From: a virus
Length of the DNA stretch: 64,000 nt
Virus record (IMG/VR): IMGVR_UViG_3300017605_000342
Span: 1 to 64,000 of that record
Strand: one strand, 5' to 3'
Positions 1 to 10,415 of this stretch are shown here, one piece after another; position 1 is the stretch's first letter; each line of letters starts with the position of its first letter. The position numbers were made by a program, and so were the translations under genes. The notes below the pieces were generated by a model that worked only from the letters and a program-made list of their open reading frames with translations, was not told the origin of the DNA and searched no databases.

Positions 1-4
1 AAAT

Positions 5-48
5 TACCTTGACAAAAGGTTTAAATTCCTAAAAAAATTTAAAAACGA
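5..48 (+). promoter_or_regulatory. Conserved phage promoter-like motif (TTGACA -35 box), copy 1
   Basis: TACCTTGACAA-N7-AAATTCC-TAAAAAAATTT-AAAAACGA upstream of GGAGG RBS and ORF 63; near-identical copy at 11250-11292. Confidence 0.6.
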
Positions 49-62
49 CCTATGGAGGTTTT

Positions 63-1031
63 ATGCCAAGAATTGCCCCAGGTTTTAACTTTGGTCACGA
101 CCTAACAGTGCAAGAGCAGGGAGAAAAACTGCTTAAGCTGACCAATTGGAAAGACGTAGTGCGTACCGCACGTTTAGATTGGCACGTTGTAAAAGAAGGA
201 TTGGTAGACCAGCGTGGAAACCCTATCCCACAACAAGGAATGTTCCGCGAAGACAACCACACCTATCTCGGCCCAGTGAAAGGAAAATTTAAAGCTATTC
301 AGAATGAAGACCAGTTTTCTTGGGTTGACTCTGTAATACAAGCGGAGCCAAATGCGTTCTATGAAAATGCCGGCTGTTTGAAGGGAGGCGAAATGGTTTA
401 TTGCGCTGTTCGCCTGCCAGACAGGGACTTTTTCATTCAAGGAACAGATGACGTTCATCATAGTTATCTGTACTTCTTGAACTGGCATTCAGTAAAGTCC
501 AAGGCCATCGCATTCTTCAACAACATGCGAATGGTGTGCACCAATATGATTCGACGCATGTTACAACATGCCAAAAACCTGTTCAGAATTGGCCACAATG
601 AAAAAGCAAAGCAACGACTTGAAGAGTCCAAGAACCTGTTGCTTGCGGCGGGTCAAGATTTAAATGAAACAAAAGAACAGTTGAATTTTCTTGCAAAAAG
701 ACAGTTGAACGGAAATCAAGTGGATAACTTTATTGCCCGGTTAATTCCACCACCACAGAACCCAGAAAATACTGGGCGTCGTGACAAGGTAGTCACTAGG
801 ATTAAGGAACTCTTTGAGTCCAACGACAATAACCAGTTCCCACAAATTAGAGGCACTGCTTACGCTTTGTTCAATGCGTTCACAAACTTTGTCGATCATG
901 AGAAAGTGGTTCGGATTTCTTCGGCCCGTAAAGGTCAGGTTAAAGAAGCTGTACGCACAGAGTCTGCGATCTTCGGTGATGGTGCGAAGTTCAAAGAAGG
1001 AGTGCTGTACTCGCTGTTAGAGGCTGCGTAA
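63..1031 (+). CDS. DUF932/DUF945 family phage/plasmid-like protein
   Basis: LDWHVVK, YENAGCLKGG, RMVCTN, RGTAYALFNAFT motifs; GGAGG RBS. Confidence 0.75.
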   Translation: MPRIAPGFNFGHDLTVQEQGEKLLKLTNWKDVVRTARLDWHVVKEGLVDQRGNPIPQQGMFREDNHTYLGPVKGKFKAIQNEDQFSWVDSVIQAEPNAFYENAGCLKGGEMVYCAVRLPDRDFFIQGTDDVHHSYLYFLNWHSVKSKAIAFFNNMRMVCTNMIRRMLQHAKNLFRIGHNEKAKQRLEESKNLLLAAGQDLNETKEQLNFLAKRQLNGNQVDNFIARLIPPPQNPENTGRRDKVVTRIKELFESNDNNQFPQIRGTAYALFNAFTNFVDHEKVVRISSARKGQVKEAVRTESAIFGDGAKFKEGVLYSLLEAA

Positions 1032-1073
1032 AGTAGTAACTTTTAACACACTCAACCCAAAAGGGGAAATGAA

Positions 1074-1331
1074 ATGTCTACAACTAAGAAAGTAGTAAGC
1101 ACACTGCCGCTGGAACAGGGAGAAGCTCCTAACCGTGTGGCACGTGGCTTGTTTAGAGACACACTGAAGGGAATGACTCCCGGCAGCAAGGTGTTTTTCA
1201 AAGTGCCTTCTGCTCAACGACAGTCTGTCATTCAGGCTGCGTACAATGCTGGTTTCAAGGTTCAAACCCAGACTGAGCGGGACAAGAACAAGAAGCCTAC
1301 CGGATTTATCAAAATCTGGAGAAAGCAGTAA
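1074..1331 (+). CDS. hypothetical basic protein
   Basis: ORF with AAGGGG RBS, followed by a hairpin. Confidence 0.6.
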   Translation: MSTTKKVVSTLPLEQGEAPNRVARGLFRDTLKGMTPGSKVFFKVPSAQRQSVIQAAYNAGFKVQTQTERDKNKKPTGFIKIWRKQ

Positions 1332-1337
1332 TCTATT

Positions 1338-1380
1338 CGCGGGGCTGGGCTTCGCTATGTCGCTCAGTCCCGCGCTTTTC
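1338..1380 (+). terminator. probable intrinsic terminator or processing hairpin
   Basis: 13-bp stem CGCGGGGCTGGGC/GCTCAGTCCCGCG followed by CTTTTC. Confidence 0.55.
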
Positions 1381-1392
1381 ACGGGAGGTTTT

Positions 1393-1638
1393 GTGGAACC
1401 TGACCAGAATGTCATTGTCTGTATCCAAGAAAAATACAGTAACAAAGCTAATCCTCAACGTGGGTACCATGACTACATCACAACTGTTGAGGGTAATGTT
1501 GGTAGACTAGAGACATATTTCAAAGCGGAATTTGATAGGCTTAAAAGTATGTCCATGTGGTGTTCTAGCACCTATGAAAAGACAGGTATTGTTACAGGTA
1601 GATATACAATTAAACACGGATACGATTCGGGGGATTGA
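1393..1638 (+). CDS. hypothetical protein
   Basis: GGGAGG RBS then in-frame GTG at 1393. Confidence 0.55.
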   Translation: MEPDQNVIVCIQEKYSNKANPQRGYHDYITTVEGNVGRLETYFKAEFDRLKSMSMWCSSTYEKTGIVTGRYTIKHGYDSGD

Positions 1639-1854
1639 TGTGGGCCGAAGTTCACTTTTCATTTGAACTACCTGACGGGTATACCGTAGCAGAAGCAAGA
1701 CAAGAAACTTTTGATGAAGTGGCTGCTGCAATACGCAATTACCATCTAACGGCTGCACTGATAGTATCGACGAGTGGCAAACCTGAAAGAAAAGCCATAA
1801 CCAAACATCACAAAGATTGGGCAGAGAGGTTAAAAACCTACGAGATCATAATTC

Positions 1855-2733
1855 ATGAGCAATAAAGTTTATCTAACACGCGGCCTGCCAGCCAGTGGTA
1901 AAACCACGTGGGCAAAAGAGTTACTGGCATCACAACCTAACCTTGTCAGAGCCAACAGGGATACCATCCGGTTAGCAATGTTTTCTGACAGCAATCCGTG
2001 GCGTCCTGCAAAAGAGAAAGATGTCACCAAGCAAGAGGAACGTATTGTTGAAACCGCCTTGGGTACAAACAGATCAGTAGTCATTGACGATACAAACCTG
2101 TCAGCAAAAACTGTGTCAAGGTGGTATTCAATTGCACGGAAGTATAACGCCGAGGTTTTGATACAAGATTTTACAGAAACCCCATTGACAACTTGCATTG
2201 AACGTGATAGACTACGCCAAGGTAAAGAACGTGTTGGAGAAGTTGTCATCCAAAACATGGCGCTACGGTATAACCTAATTCCGTGGCCACACAACCCTAT
2301 TGTAATTGTAGATATCGACGGAACTTTAGCAAATGCAAACCACAGACTACACCACGTAAAGAAGAACCCTAAGAACTGGCCCGCGTTTTTCCGTGAAGCA
2401 GACAAAGATCCTGTCAACGAAATTGTTCTACGTTGGGTTGAGGTTCTACGACCAGAACACTGTATTGTAATTGTGAGCGGGCGGGCACTCGACCAATCAC
2501 AACACCTAACCGTGGATTGGTTACGTGAACGTGGCGTGCCTTACGACTTTCTGTTCATGCGCAACGGGTACGATTACCGAGAAGATTGGATTGTTAAGTC
2601 AGAAATCTTAGAGAAAATGCCACGCAATCAAGTTGTGTTTAGTATTGACGACCGTATGCAAGTGGTAGAAAAATGCTGGCGGGCAAACGGCGTGCGCTGT
2701 TTCCCTGTCTCGGAAACTGACGGAGAATTTTAA
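1855..2733 (+). CDS. pseT: polynucleotide 5'-kinase/3'-phosphatase (T4 PseT-like)
   Basis: N-terminal P-loop GLPASGKTT, RD, DDTN; C-terminal HAD DIDGT, SGR, K, DDR. Confidence 0.92.
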   Translation: MSNKVYLTRGLPASGKTTWAKELLASQPNLVRANRDTIRLAMFSDSNPWRPAKEKDVTKQEERIVETALGTNRSVVIDDTNLSAKTVSRWYSIARKYNAEVLIQDFTETPLTTCIERDRLRQGKERVGEVVIQNMALRYNLIPWPHNPIVIVDIDGTLANANHRLHHVKKNPKNWPAFFREADKDPVNEIVLRWVEVLRPEHCIVIVSGRALDQSQHLTVDWLRERGVPYDFLFMRNGYDYREDWIVKSEILEKMPRNQVVFSIDDRMQVVEKCWRANGVRCFPVSETDGEF

Positions 2734-3350
2734 TGGCATCCAAGAAACTGATATACCACGATAAGAAAGGTTACGAGGTTCCTTTGGACAATAACCTTGT
2801 ACGAAAAGTAATCAAGGTCGTTCGACGCGGCCTAACTTGGGGTGTAGGTGCTCCCAAACCGGGTAAAATGTGTGTTGAAGCAGCAGTTAATTACGCAATG
2901 GGACGCAACCATAGCGATGCCCCGCCTTGCGTTGGGCCACAACCACGCGATGCGAAGATCGAACTGAATGACAAAGAATGGTCTTCTGCCAAGGCTCGCG
3001 CAAACGGACTACTGGCCATTGCCGTAGCACAGCTAGGATCTAACACAGTTAGTGGGGCAAAGTTTGTCAAAGCATTCAAAGACAGTCTTAGAAAAAAGGT
3101 GATTGATCCCTGTATTAAGAAGATTAAGGAAAAAGATTCAATAGAGTATATATCGCTGTCCATTGCAATGGACAGATTTAACAGAGAAAAATCCGGCGAC
3201 GGGTTGGTAAATAGGGCAATCAACGTCATGGCTTTGTTGGGAGAAGTTCAAGATGCGGAGCTTAAGCTGATTGCAGACTGTATTCTTGATGCACTTAAAG
3301 CAGTAAAATCCCCCGGCGTTAAGTACTTAGGGCTAATCAATGAGGCTTAA
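2733..3350 (+). CDS. hypothetical protein
   Basis: 205 aa ORF translationally coupled on both sides. Confidence 0.65.
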   Translation: MASKKLIYHDKKGYEVPLDNNLVRKVIKVVRRGLTWGVGAPKPGKMCVEAAVNYAMGRNHSDAPPCVGPQPRDAKIELNDKEWSSAKARANGLLAIAVAQLGSNTVSGAKFVKAFKDSLRKKVIDPCIKKIKEKDSIEYISLSIAMDRFNREKSGDGLVNRAINVMALLGEVQDAELKLIADCILDALKAVKSPGVKYLGLINEA

Positions 3351-3780
3351 CTACAAACTCTTCGAGAAAGTAAAAGTACATATCCTAGAAGAGCCGCGCC
3401 GTTTGCGACAAGCATGTTGGGTTGAACATAAGTCGTCAGAAAGTAGTTGGGGCTACGACAATTACAACGCGATAATTTCCGAAGGGGCAAAAGAACCTCC
3501 GTGTGGTACCGTTGCTTGTGTTGCTGGTTGGACAGCTTTACTGGTGAAAGGGCCAAGTTTTCAAGGCAATGCTAGTTGGGTTGCCAAGAATACTTTAGTG
3601 CAAGGCGAGGACTCTGATCAAAAAGTTTACCAAGCAAGGTTGGATTTATACAACAATGTGTTCATGTGTTTTCCCGAAGACGATAAACTAAAACCAGGAA
3701 CACTCAAATACGCCAGAGCTGTAGTCAAATCTATTGACGAATTCATCGAGCGCTGGAGGCCCCATGCACGTAAACGTTAA
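3340..3780 (+). CDS. hypothetical protein, paralog A
   Basis: shares HILxEPRRLRQACW, PPCGTVACxAGW and KPGT motifs with the next ORF. Confidence 0.7.
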   Translation: MRLNYKLFEKVKVHILEEPRRLRQACWVEHKSSESSWGYDNYNAIISEGAKEPPCGTVACVAGWTALLVKGPSFQGNASWVAKNTLVQGEDSDQKVYQARLDLYNNVFMCFPEDDKLKPGTLKYARAVVKSIDEFIERWRPHARKR

Positions 3781-4168
3781 GTTGTTACAACGTGTTATCA
3801 AACATATTCTCGACGAGCCGCGTCGTTTACGGCAAGCCTGTTGGATTTCTGAAAGGGGTGGTGCTGAATACAGGTACGCTGTGATTGAAGATCTGGCACC
3901 GCCGTGTGGTACAGTGGCCTGTTTTGCTGGCTGGGTTAGTTTGCTATCCAAACGCAAACGACGCCTCATGGAACCCTATTCTGAGTTCTCGACAAGAAGT
4001 ATTATACAGGGGAATGATGTACCTGCATCCAAAGCACGTAAAGATTTGGAACGCATTTACTTTTTCTTTCCAGAACATCAAGGCAGGAAACCTAAACCAG
4101 GTACAGCTCCGTATGCTAGAGTAATAGCCAAACGCATACAAAGATTTATCGATAAACACGCAGTATAA
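3764..4168 (+). CDS. hypothetical protein, paralog B
   Basis: GGAGG RBS before ATG 3764; same motifs as 3340-3780. Confidence 0.7.
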   Translation: MHVNVKLLQRVIKHILDEPRRLRQACWISERGGAEYRYAVIEDLAPPCGTVACFAGWVSLLSKRKRRLMEPYSEFSTRSIIQGNDVPASKARKDLERIYFFFPEHQGRKPKPGTAPYARVIAKRIQRFIDKHAV

Positions 4169-4175
4169 TCTCTAT

Positions 4176-4255
4176 GGTGGCGGTCGTTTAGTCCGGTTCA
4201 AGACGGGCGATTGTGACTCGCCTCATCGTGGGTTCAAATCCCACCCGCCACCCCA
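4176..4255 (+). tRNA. tRNA-His(GTG)
   Basis: G-1, GTGGCGG/CCGCCAC acceptor, GGCGA-TTGTGAC-TCGCC anticodon arm, C73, CCA. Confidence 0.93.
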
Positions 4256-4266
4256 TTCTAGGAGCC

Positions 4267-4542
4267 ATGATGAAAAAAATCCATGAGTTTTTAACAGAAG
4301 AGTCTTGGTGCAAGCATGACTACGCACAAGACGCTGCCGGTAACACCGTAGATGCTAAAGATCCAGCCGCCGTGCGGTGGTGCTTTATTGGTGCACTTAA
4401 TTTCTGCTATGATAATTGGGAAGAAAAGGAAGAAGCTTTGCTCAGATTCGAGGCCCTGTTAGGCAACAGATACTGGGTCAAATTCAATGACACATCCACG
4501 TGGCCCGAGTTCCATGCGGCGTTGGTAAAGGCGGACATATGA
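4267..4542 (+). CDS. DUF6197-like phage protein
   Basis: WCK..YAQD..G..AVRWCFIGAL..FND pattern; GGAG RBS. Confidence 0.55.
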   Translation: MMKKIHEFLTEESWCKHDYAQDAAGNTVDAKDPAAVRWCFIGALNFCYDNWEEKEEALLRFEALLGNRYWVKFNDTSTWPEFHAALVKADI

Positions 4543-4891
4543 CATACACAAAATTCATAAAAGAAGTTAGTTTACTTCCAAAGAAGTTTACATTTACTGT
4601 AAAAGATGGTAGAATTGTCACCAATAATCTAAAAGCATACTGTCCTTGGGCTGCTTGGTGGCACCACTATCACCCTGTCAGTGATATTATTACCGATCAT
4701 GGTAGGGATATTAACTCACGGATATGGAATGCAGCAGACAACATGCCAAGACATGTTGCAAAAATTCGTCAGGACTTGCTGAAAGCGTGTAAGCTTGGTT
4801 GAATACATCTTGGAGTTCTTTGGGGCTATACTGGACGAAGTAGAGTATCGATACCACTGTTTTATGTTGCGGCACATTGCCTTTAAAGAAG

Positions 4892-5479
4892 ATGAGTAAC
4901 TGGTACATTGCATTAGACTTAGAGACGGGCGGGATCGGGTTGCCCTGCTCTCTACTAACAGGTTACTTTGCTATAGTGAATCCCAATCTCATGGTGGCCG
5001 CTGAATGCTCTTTGACTATCAAACCAGACGATGGGATATACCACGTACAAGCAAAAGGAATGGAAGTTAATGGTATAGATATTGTGAAACATGATGCAAC
5101 AGCTATGCCTTTAAAAGAAGCATCTACATGGTTGTACAATTTTTTAAATAGCGCATACTCAGAGTTTTTGAAATCAAACAAACAGAAATTCATTCCATTA
5201 GGACATGGTGTCCGACAAGACATTGAGTTCATGATTGCTTCCAAGCTTATTTCAAGAGGCACGTGGGAGCAATTTGTATCTCATAGGTCACTAGATACCA
5301 GCTCGTCAGCAAGATTTCTACAAGCGTGTGGGTTGCTGCCGTCAGATCTTAGTGGTTCTCTAGTATCACTGGCAGATTATTTTGGTGTGGTACGTGAGGG
5401 TGCGGCCCACGATGCGCGAGTTGACACACTTGCCAGCATCGAAGTTCTACGCCACCTTATGGAGGTTGTCAAAAAATGA
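4892..5479 (+). CDS. DEDDh 3'-5' exonuclease (DnaQ/oligoribonuclease-like)
   Basis: ALDLETGG, GHGVRQD, LDT, HDARVD motifs. Confidence 0.88.
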   Translation: MSNWYIALDLETGGIGLPCSLLTGYFAIVNPNLMVAAECSLTIKPDDGIYHVQAKGMEVNGIDIVKHDATAMPLKEASTWLYNFLNSAYSEFLKSNKQKFIPLGHGVRQDIEFMIASKLISRGTWEQFVSHRSLDTSSSARFLQACGLLPSDLSGSLVSLADYFGVVREGAAHDARVDTLASIEVLRHLMEVVKK

Positions 5480-5944
5480 TGCAAGAAATTATCACACTGA
5501 CGGCTGGCATCACTTCATGGCCGCAGGCTTTCGTGGCTGCTGTTATTACGATTGCTATAGTTTATTTGTTGGTTGCTATTGTAAGAGCAATTACGGGCGC
5601 ATGAGGGATATAATACCGGATGGCACGCACGTTAGAACAAAAGGCACACTAACAGGCCAAGATTTTAGTCAACCACATAACCGCTTACCAAACAAACATG
5701 GCTACATCATAGCTTACTCTGAAATCCATGATTGTTACAAAGTAGTATACTTTAACGGTATAGCTGCGTGGTATAACCCAGACGAGTTAATTATTCTAGA
5801 ACCTACGTCAAAGGTACAGTTGTACTCATGTTACAGATGGCTCTGTCCATGTTGTCAACATACAAATATTATAGATGTTGCTTACGAACACATTGACTGT
5901 GAGGAATGTCACAGAAAATTCATCGCCGAAGTGGAGGTTTGATC

Positions 5945-6319
5945 ATGATTAACAAAGATGTAATGACACAATTACGCTATGACATTGACACAGCACTGGC
6001 TGCCATTGGCGGCAAGCACGGCCTTACACTTAAAGTAGGTAACGGTACTTGGGATTTTGGTGGACAAACTGCTAAGTACTCGGTAAATATTTCTGTACCA
6101 GGTACGTCCAAAGATCAAGAAGATTTGAAGAACACCTACCCAGAATACGTGAACAAAGAGATTGTGTTAGGAGACGGCAAGCGTTACAAGGTTGTGGGGC
6201 TAGCCCCACGAGGTTCTTCTTTTATTGTGGCCAGATTGACAGACGGTAAACGTTACAGAGTCAAACAACTTGCAGTTACCCGACAACTAGGAGCAAAAAC
6301 CAATGCTGTCCTTAGATAG
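5945..6319 (+). CDS. hypothetical protein
   Basis: GGAGG RBS, coupled to the next ORF. Confidence 0.6.
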   Translation: MINKDVMTQLRYDIDTALAAIGGKHGLTLKVGNGTWDFGGQTAKYSVNISVPGTSKDQEDLKNTYPEYVNKEIVLGDGKRYKVVGLAPRGSSFIVARLTDGKRYRVKQLAVTRQLGAKTNAVLR

Positions 6320-6638
6320 CAAACTGAAACTTATACGGGCTGTAGCTAAAGCCGTAGATGATGGTTATGAAATTTGCAAAGCAATATTTTTTAGTGAACG
6401 CAGCAAAATATGTTGCCCTATCGGAGCACTGACACACGAGAATAATCCGACCGTCGATAATTCTATAGATCGTAATCGGATCGTAGAAGCTGCCAGCATA
6501 TTAGGGTGTTCGTCTTCCGATGTATGGGCTATTGTAAATGGCTTTGACGGAACACCACGCATTGAAGGCGATGCAGCGTGCTACAAGTTCGGTGCAGCAC
6601 TGTGTGAGATATTTCAACCAAAACCTCTTTATGAGTAA
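6303..6638 (+). CDS. hypothetical protein
   Basis: CCPIGA..GFD pattern seen in small phage proteins; AGGAG RBS. Confidence 0.55.
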   Translation: MLSLDSKLKLIRAVAKAVDDGYEICKAIFFSERSKICCPIGALTHENNPTVDNSIDRNRIVEAASILGCSSSDVWAIVNGFDGTPRIEGDAACYKFGAALCEIFQPKPLYE

Positions 6639-6906
6639 CATGGTCAATTGTCCTAGTTGTGGTTCAGAAAAATTTTACTATATACAAAGAGCATGGGAAT
6701 ACCATCGAGCTAACGACGTAGAATCTGATGGTAGTGCAGATCTAAGTCACCTATCAAATTGGAGTGTAGATGACTCCGTGCAGCCATATTTTGAATGCGA
6801 GCATGAGCAGTGTAAGAAAAAATTTAAGTTAGTACCTCATGTGGACTATGCCATGAGGTTTGAGGAGATTATCAATGGACAAATCGGAGAAGTGGTCGTC
6901 CATTAA
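6631..6906 (+). CDS. zinc-ribbon protein
   Basis: CPSC...CEHEQC. Confidence 0.5.
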   Translation: MSNMVNCPSCGSEKFYYIQRAWEYHRANDVESDGSADLSHLSNWSVDDSVQPYFECEHEQCKKKFKLVPHVDYAMRFEEIINGQIGEVVVH

Positions 6907-7793
6907 AGACCCACGTCACAACGGATTGGCTCTGGCAGAATTACTCGCTGTATCAATCCCGCATATTACCTCCAGTTCTACTGGAGGCACAGAGATTGTC
7001 ACCATCACATTCTCTGATCACCGCTGTATGACAGAGGCATACCAACTGCTACTGGAACTCCTAGTAACAGGGCAAAGACTATGACAGCTAGCACCATACT
7101 CGATAAAGTGTCCCAAGCAGCAGGTTGGGACACTGACTCTCAGCTAATTCTTGCGCTAAGGTTTATAGATTCTCAAACAAAAGTGGGGTTTCTCAAAGAG
7201 TGGCAACAGTTCCTAGAGCAACAGTGTGATGAAGAGAACGAACATCTCGTAAGGTTCTTAAAAAAATTCTTGGAGGAATCGTAATGTTTTATAAGAACAA
7301 ACCAGTCCACGACATGACGCTGCACGATCACTGTATCGTCGCCGCCATTCAGGGAATATCTGCGGCTGCCCCGATATATTCTGCAAACACCAAGGCTAAT
7401 GCAGAAGCTAAAGCACAGCAAGTATTAGACTTAGTGGAAGCTGTCTTTGATAAGTCAGTGACTGCTTCCGCCGCCACTAACCCTGTACCTACTAAGTAAC
7501 CCACGCAGACCCCGGTAGAGATCTGTATTATACCCCCAATTAGGAGTTTTGTCAATGGCAAAATGCATTTTCAAGGGAATTAAAATAGGTGATGTAGAAC
7601 TCACCTTGACAGCAGAGGTATATCATTGGCCGGATGAACAGAATCAGTGGCAGTTTCAGTGGGAAGCAATGGATCAGACTTTCATTGAGGCCCTAACGAA
7701 CGTGTTAACGCCTGAAGAATATCAATTAGTGATGGATGAAATTGCTAAAGATATGATTGAACAATATAAAGATAACACGGAGAAAAATGTAAG

Positions 7794-8423
7794 ATGATAC
7801 ACGTTAGAGAAGTTTCACAGGTTAAATTCCCTCTGAGGGAGAACATTAACATCAACATGATGCCGTTTATTATGGGAGATGCGCGGTCAATTCCTTGGGA
7901 ATATCGGCATTACTATCCAATGATTGAGGCATGTCGTGTACACGAGTCACAGCTAGGTAAAGTAGGATACCTGTCTATTCAAGAAAACCATGTTGAACAC
8001 AATACTAGCCAGAGGCGTGCGGGAATTCACACTGAGGGTTTTATCAACGCTGGTTGGGGTGGTGGTGGTTGGGGTGGTGGTAATGAAAAACCAAAAGTAG
8101 GTGGTTTATATCAAGGATCTACTGTTGCAAATTCCTGCCGCGTGTGGGAAACTCGTGTAGATTGTCCAGGTACGTTAGGAAACTGCGAACACCTACGATC
8201 TACGTTAGGCAGTGGGTTTTTGATGAAGCCAGATACTCTGTATTGGATGCATGATCGAGTGCCGCATGAATCTTTACCACTGAAGTTCCGCACCTACAGA
8301 CAATGGTTTCGCTTGGTAACTTCTGCTGTTGACAATTGGTATGCTGCAAATTCAACACCTAACAGACTAGGCATTGTTGCACCGTGCAACATCATTCACA
8401 AAAGTAAATTTGCGGGCGCGTAG
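7794..8423 (+). CDS. putative 2OG-Fe(II) dioxygenase-like (DSBH) protein
   Basis: RRAGIHTEG (HxE), distal PHES, RQWFRL; GWGGG repeats; stop codon lies inside the downstream tRNA. Confidence 0.5.
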   Translation: MIHVREVSQVKFPLRENININMMPFIMGDARSIPWEYRHYYPMIEACRVHESQLGKVGYLSIQENHVEHNTSQRRAGIHTEGFINAGWGGGGWGGGNEKPKVGGLYQGSTVANSCRVWETRVDCPGTLGNCEHLRSTLGSGFLMKPDTLYWMHDRVPHESLPLKFRTYRQWFRLVTSAVDNWYAANSTPNRLGIVAPCNIIHKSKFAGA

Positions 8424-8490
8424 CTCAATAGCGTAGAGCACTCCGCTCATAACGGAGCAGTTGAAGGTTCGAGTCCTTCCGCGCCCACCA
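8414..8490 (+). tRNA. tRNA with CAT anticodon (Ile2 or elongator Met)
   Basis: GGGCGCG/CGCGCCC acceptor (paired 1:72, so not initiator), CTCCG-CTCATAA-CGGAG, CCA. Confidence 0.9.
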
Positions 8491-9007
8491 TTCAGGAGAA
8501 CACCATGCCTTGGCTAACCGCCGAAGAAGCTAGAGACTGGGCTGACGATCATGGATACTACCACTACACTTGCCGAAATTGCGGGCAGTCCGGTTGGACA
8601 GATACCGTACCGGATTGTGGTTGCCGGGATCATGAAACCGAAGAGGATGAGGGGGAATGAAAACACCAAAACCTAAGATCGGTAGTTCAATGCCATATTG
8701 GTTTAACGAAGACGCTATAGTCGTAAGAGTATTTCCGTACACTGGTAGGTACCCACAGTGGTTTACGTGGGTTGTTGGGTTAACTACCAAACATGGAACA
8801 GTCATCGAAACTGTAATATGAGCCAACTTTATCGAGTCAAGTGGGAAATAGATATAGAAGATACAACGTCAGAAGGTGCTGCTGAACAAGCATTACGTAT
8901 ACAACGTGACCATGACTCAATCGCTACAGTCTTTACTGTAACAGATGAATTTAACAGAGAAGTTACCGTTGATTTATCTCAACGCTCGTTTGAAGACTAA
9001 GTTTACC

Positions 9008-9601
9008 ATGCACACACCCATTGATCCAAACGCAGTCACAGACTTTGAGCGTACTACCAGAGACTTACAACGTTTTTGGTTATTCTCAATGTTTGCGGCG
9101 GGTAAGAACTCTGACTGGGCTTCTAAAAAAGTAGAGCAATTACTAGAAGGAATGTTGGATTCCCAAATACCATTCCTCTATTTGTATGTAATGGGTGATG
9201 TGTGGTTGTGGTATAAATTGCGCAACATTAAATCAGGGCAGTACAAACGGTTGGAGCGGGCTATTACAGAGTCGCTGGCGCTAGACTTACGTCGCTGTAC
9301 TCTCGACGACCTGACTGCTATCTTTGGGGTAGGCCCCAAGACTGCCAGATTTTTCTTGGTACACTCACGTAAAGGTGCAGAACATGCTGTGTTGGATACC
9401 CACGTCCTACGGTGGATGAATTCACATGGGGTAATAGTACCCAAAACTACTCCAGGACGCCTAACATATTTGCGTTTAGAAAAAGTATGTTTAGAACTAA
9501 TGGCAAAACATTATCCCAAAGACACAGTTGCGGAGGCAGACCTTAAGATATGGAAGCACCAACGGCATCTAAAAGATTTGAACGCTATAGACCTTCTGTA
9601 G
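9008..9601 (+). CDS. HhH-GPD DNA glycosylase/AP lyase (OGG-like)
   Basis: IFGVGPKTARFFL helix-hairpin-helix with catalytic Lys, AVLDTHVLRW catalytic Asp. Confidence 0.8.
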   Translation: MHTPIDPNAVTDFERTTRDLQRFWLFSMFAAGKNSDWASKKVEQLLEGMLDSQIPFLYLYVMGDVWLWYKLRNIKSGQYKRLERAITESLALDLRRCTLDDLTAIFGVGPKTARFFLVHSRKGAEHAVLDTHVLRWMNSHGVIVPKTTPGRLTYLRLEKVCLELMAKHYPKDTVAEADLKIWKHQRHLKDLNAIDLL

Positions 9602-9777
9602 GACAAGTGATGATTAGGTGGGGACGCATAATGGAAGATACTCCGTATCAATTAGCAGAACTAGATTTGGATACGCATGAGTTAGATGATATCTTACAAT
9701 CACTTATCACAGCACGTGTAGAACATACCGAAGATTACCTACGAAGAACACAAGATGATTATTGAAAGGAGATTACC

Positions 9778-10404
9778 TTGAGGGTTTTTTATTTGGGGCG
9801 TTCCAAAAACAGAAAGACGGGAGACATCCCCCAGCAATTCATAGGTGGCACAAGGGCTGAGTCGATGGCTTCTTGTGTCGGGTGTAAATTGCTGGCATCC
9901 AAGGTTTGTTATTCACAGTATGGTAGTGAAGGTTGGGCGCATTCAAGTATAATTAAAAGACAGGAGTTTAAAGATTACACTCTACAACATGCACTGGAGA
10001 AACGAAACCCAAATGCAAGATATTTCAGATTTGGTACTATCGGCGATCCTTCTGGCATTGATGCGAGCGCTTACGATATGGCTGAAATACTCGTTAGAAA
10101 AGCGGGGCTGGGCATTCTTAACTATACTCATTTCTGGGCTAGCCGTGGTAGTCACCTTATTCACCGGGCGATGGCTTCTTGTGATACTTTTCAAGACGCT
10201 TTGCGAGCTATAAAGAAAGGTTGGAGAGCCACAGTAGTTGTGTCAAAGAATTTTGTTGACAAGAACGGTACTAAAGGTGTATATATGGGAAGACGTTGGG
10301 CGCTGTGTCCTTATCAAAGTCACGGCACGCAATGCAACAAGTGTGGGTTGTGTGATGCCTCACGTAAGGACTTACTGCCCATTATTGTATTTCAAGAACA
10401 TTAA
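9778..10404 (+). CDS. Cys-rich phage protein (Gp88-like, possible Fe-S/radical-SAM-like)
   Basis: NRKTG, SCVGC..CY, RFGTIGD, YTH, CP..CNKCGLC..FQEH. Confidence 0.5.
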   Translation: MRVFYLGRSKNRKTGDIPQQFIGGTRAESMASCVGCKLLASKVCYSQYGSEGWAHSSIIKRQEFKDYTLQHALEKRNPNARYFRFGTIGDPSGIDASAYDMAEILVRKAGLGILNYTHFWASRGSHLIHRAMASCDTFQDALRAIKKGWRATVVVSKNFVDKNGTKGVYMGRRWALCPYQSHGTQCNKCGLCDASRKDLLPIIVFQEH

Positions 10405-10415
10405 CGGAGATTACT

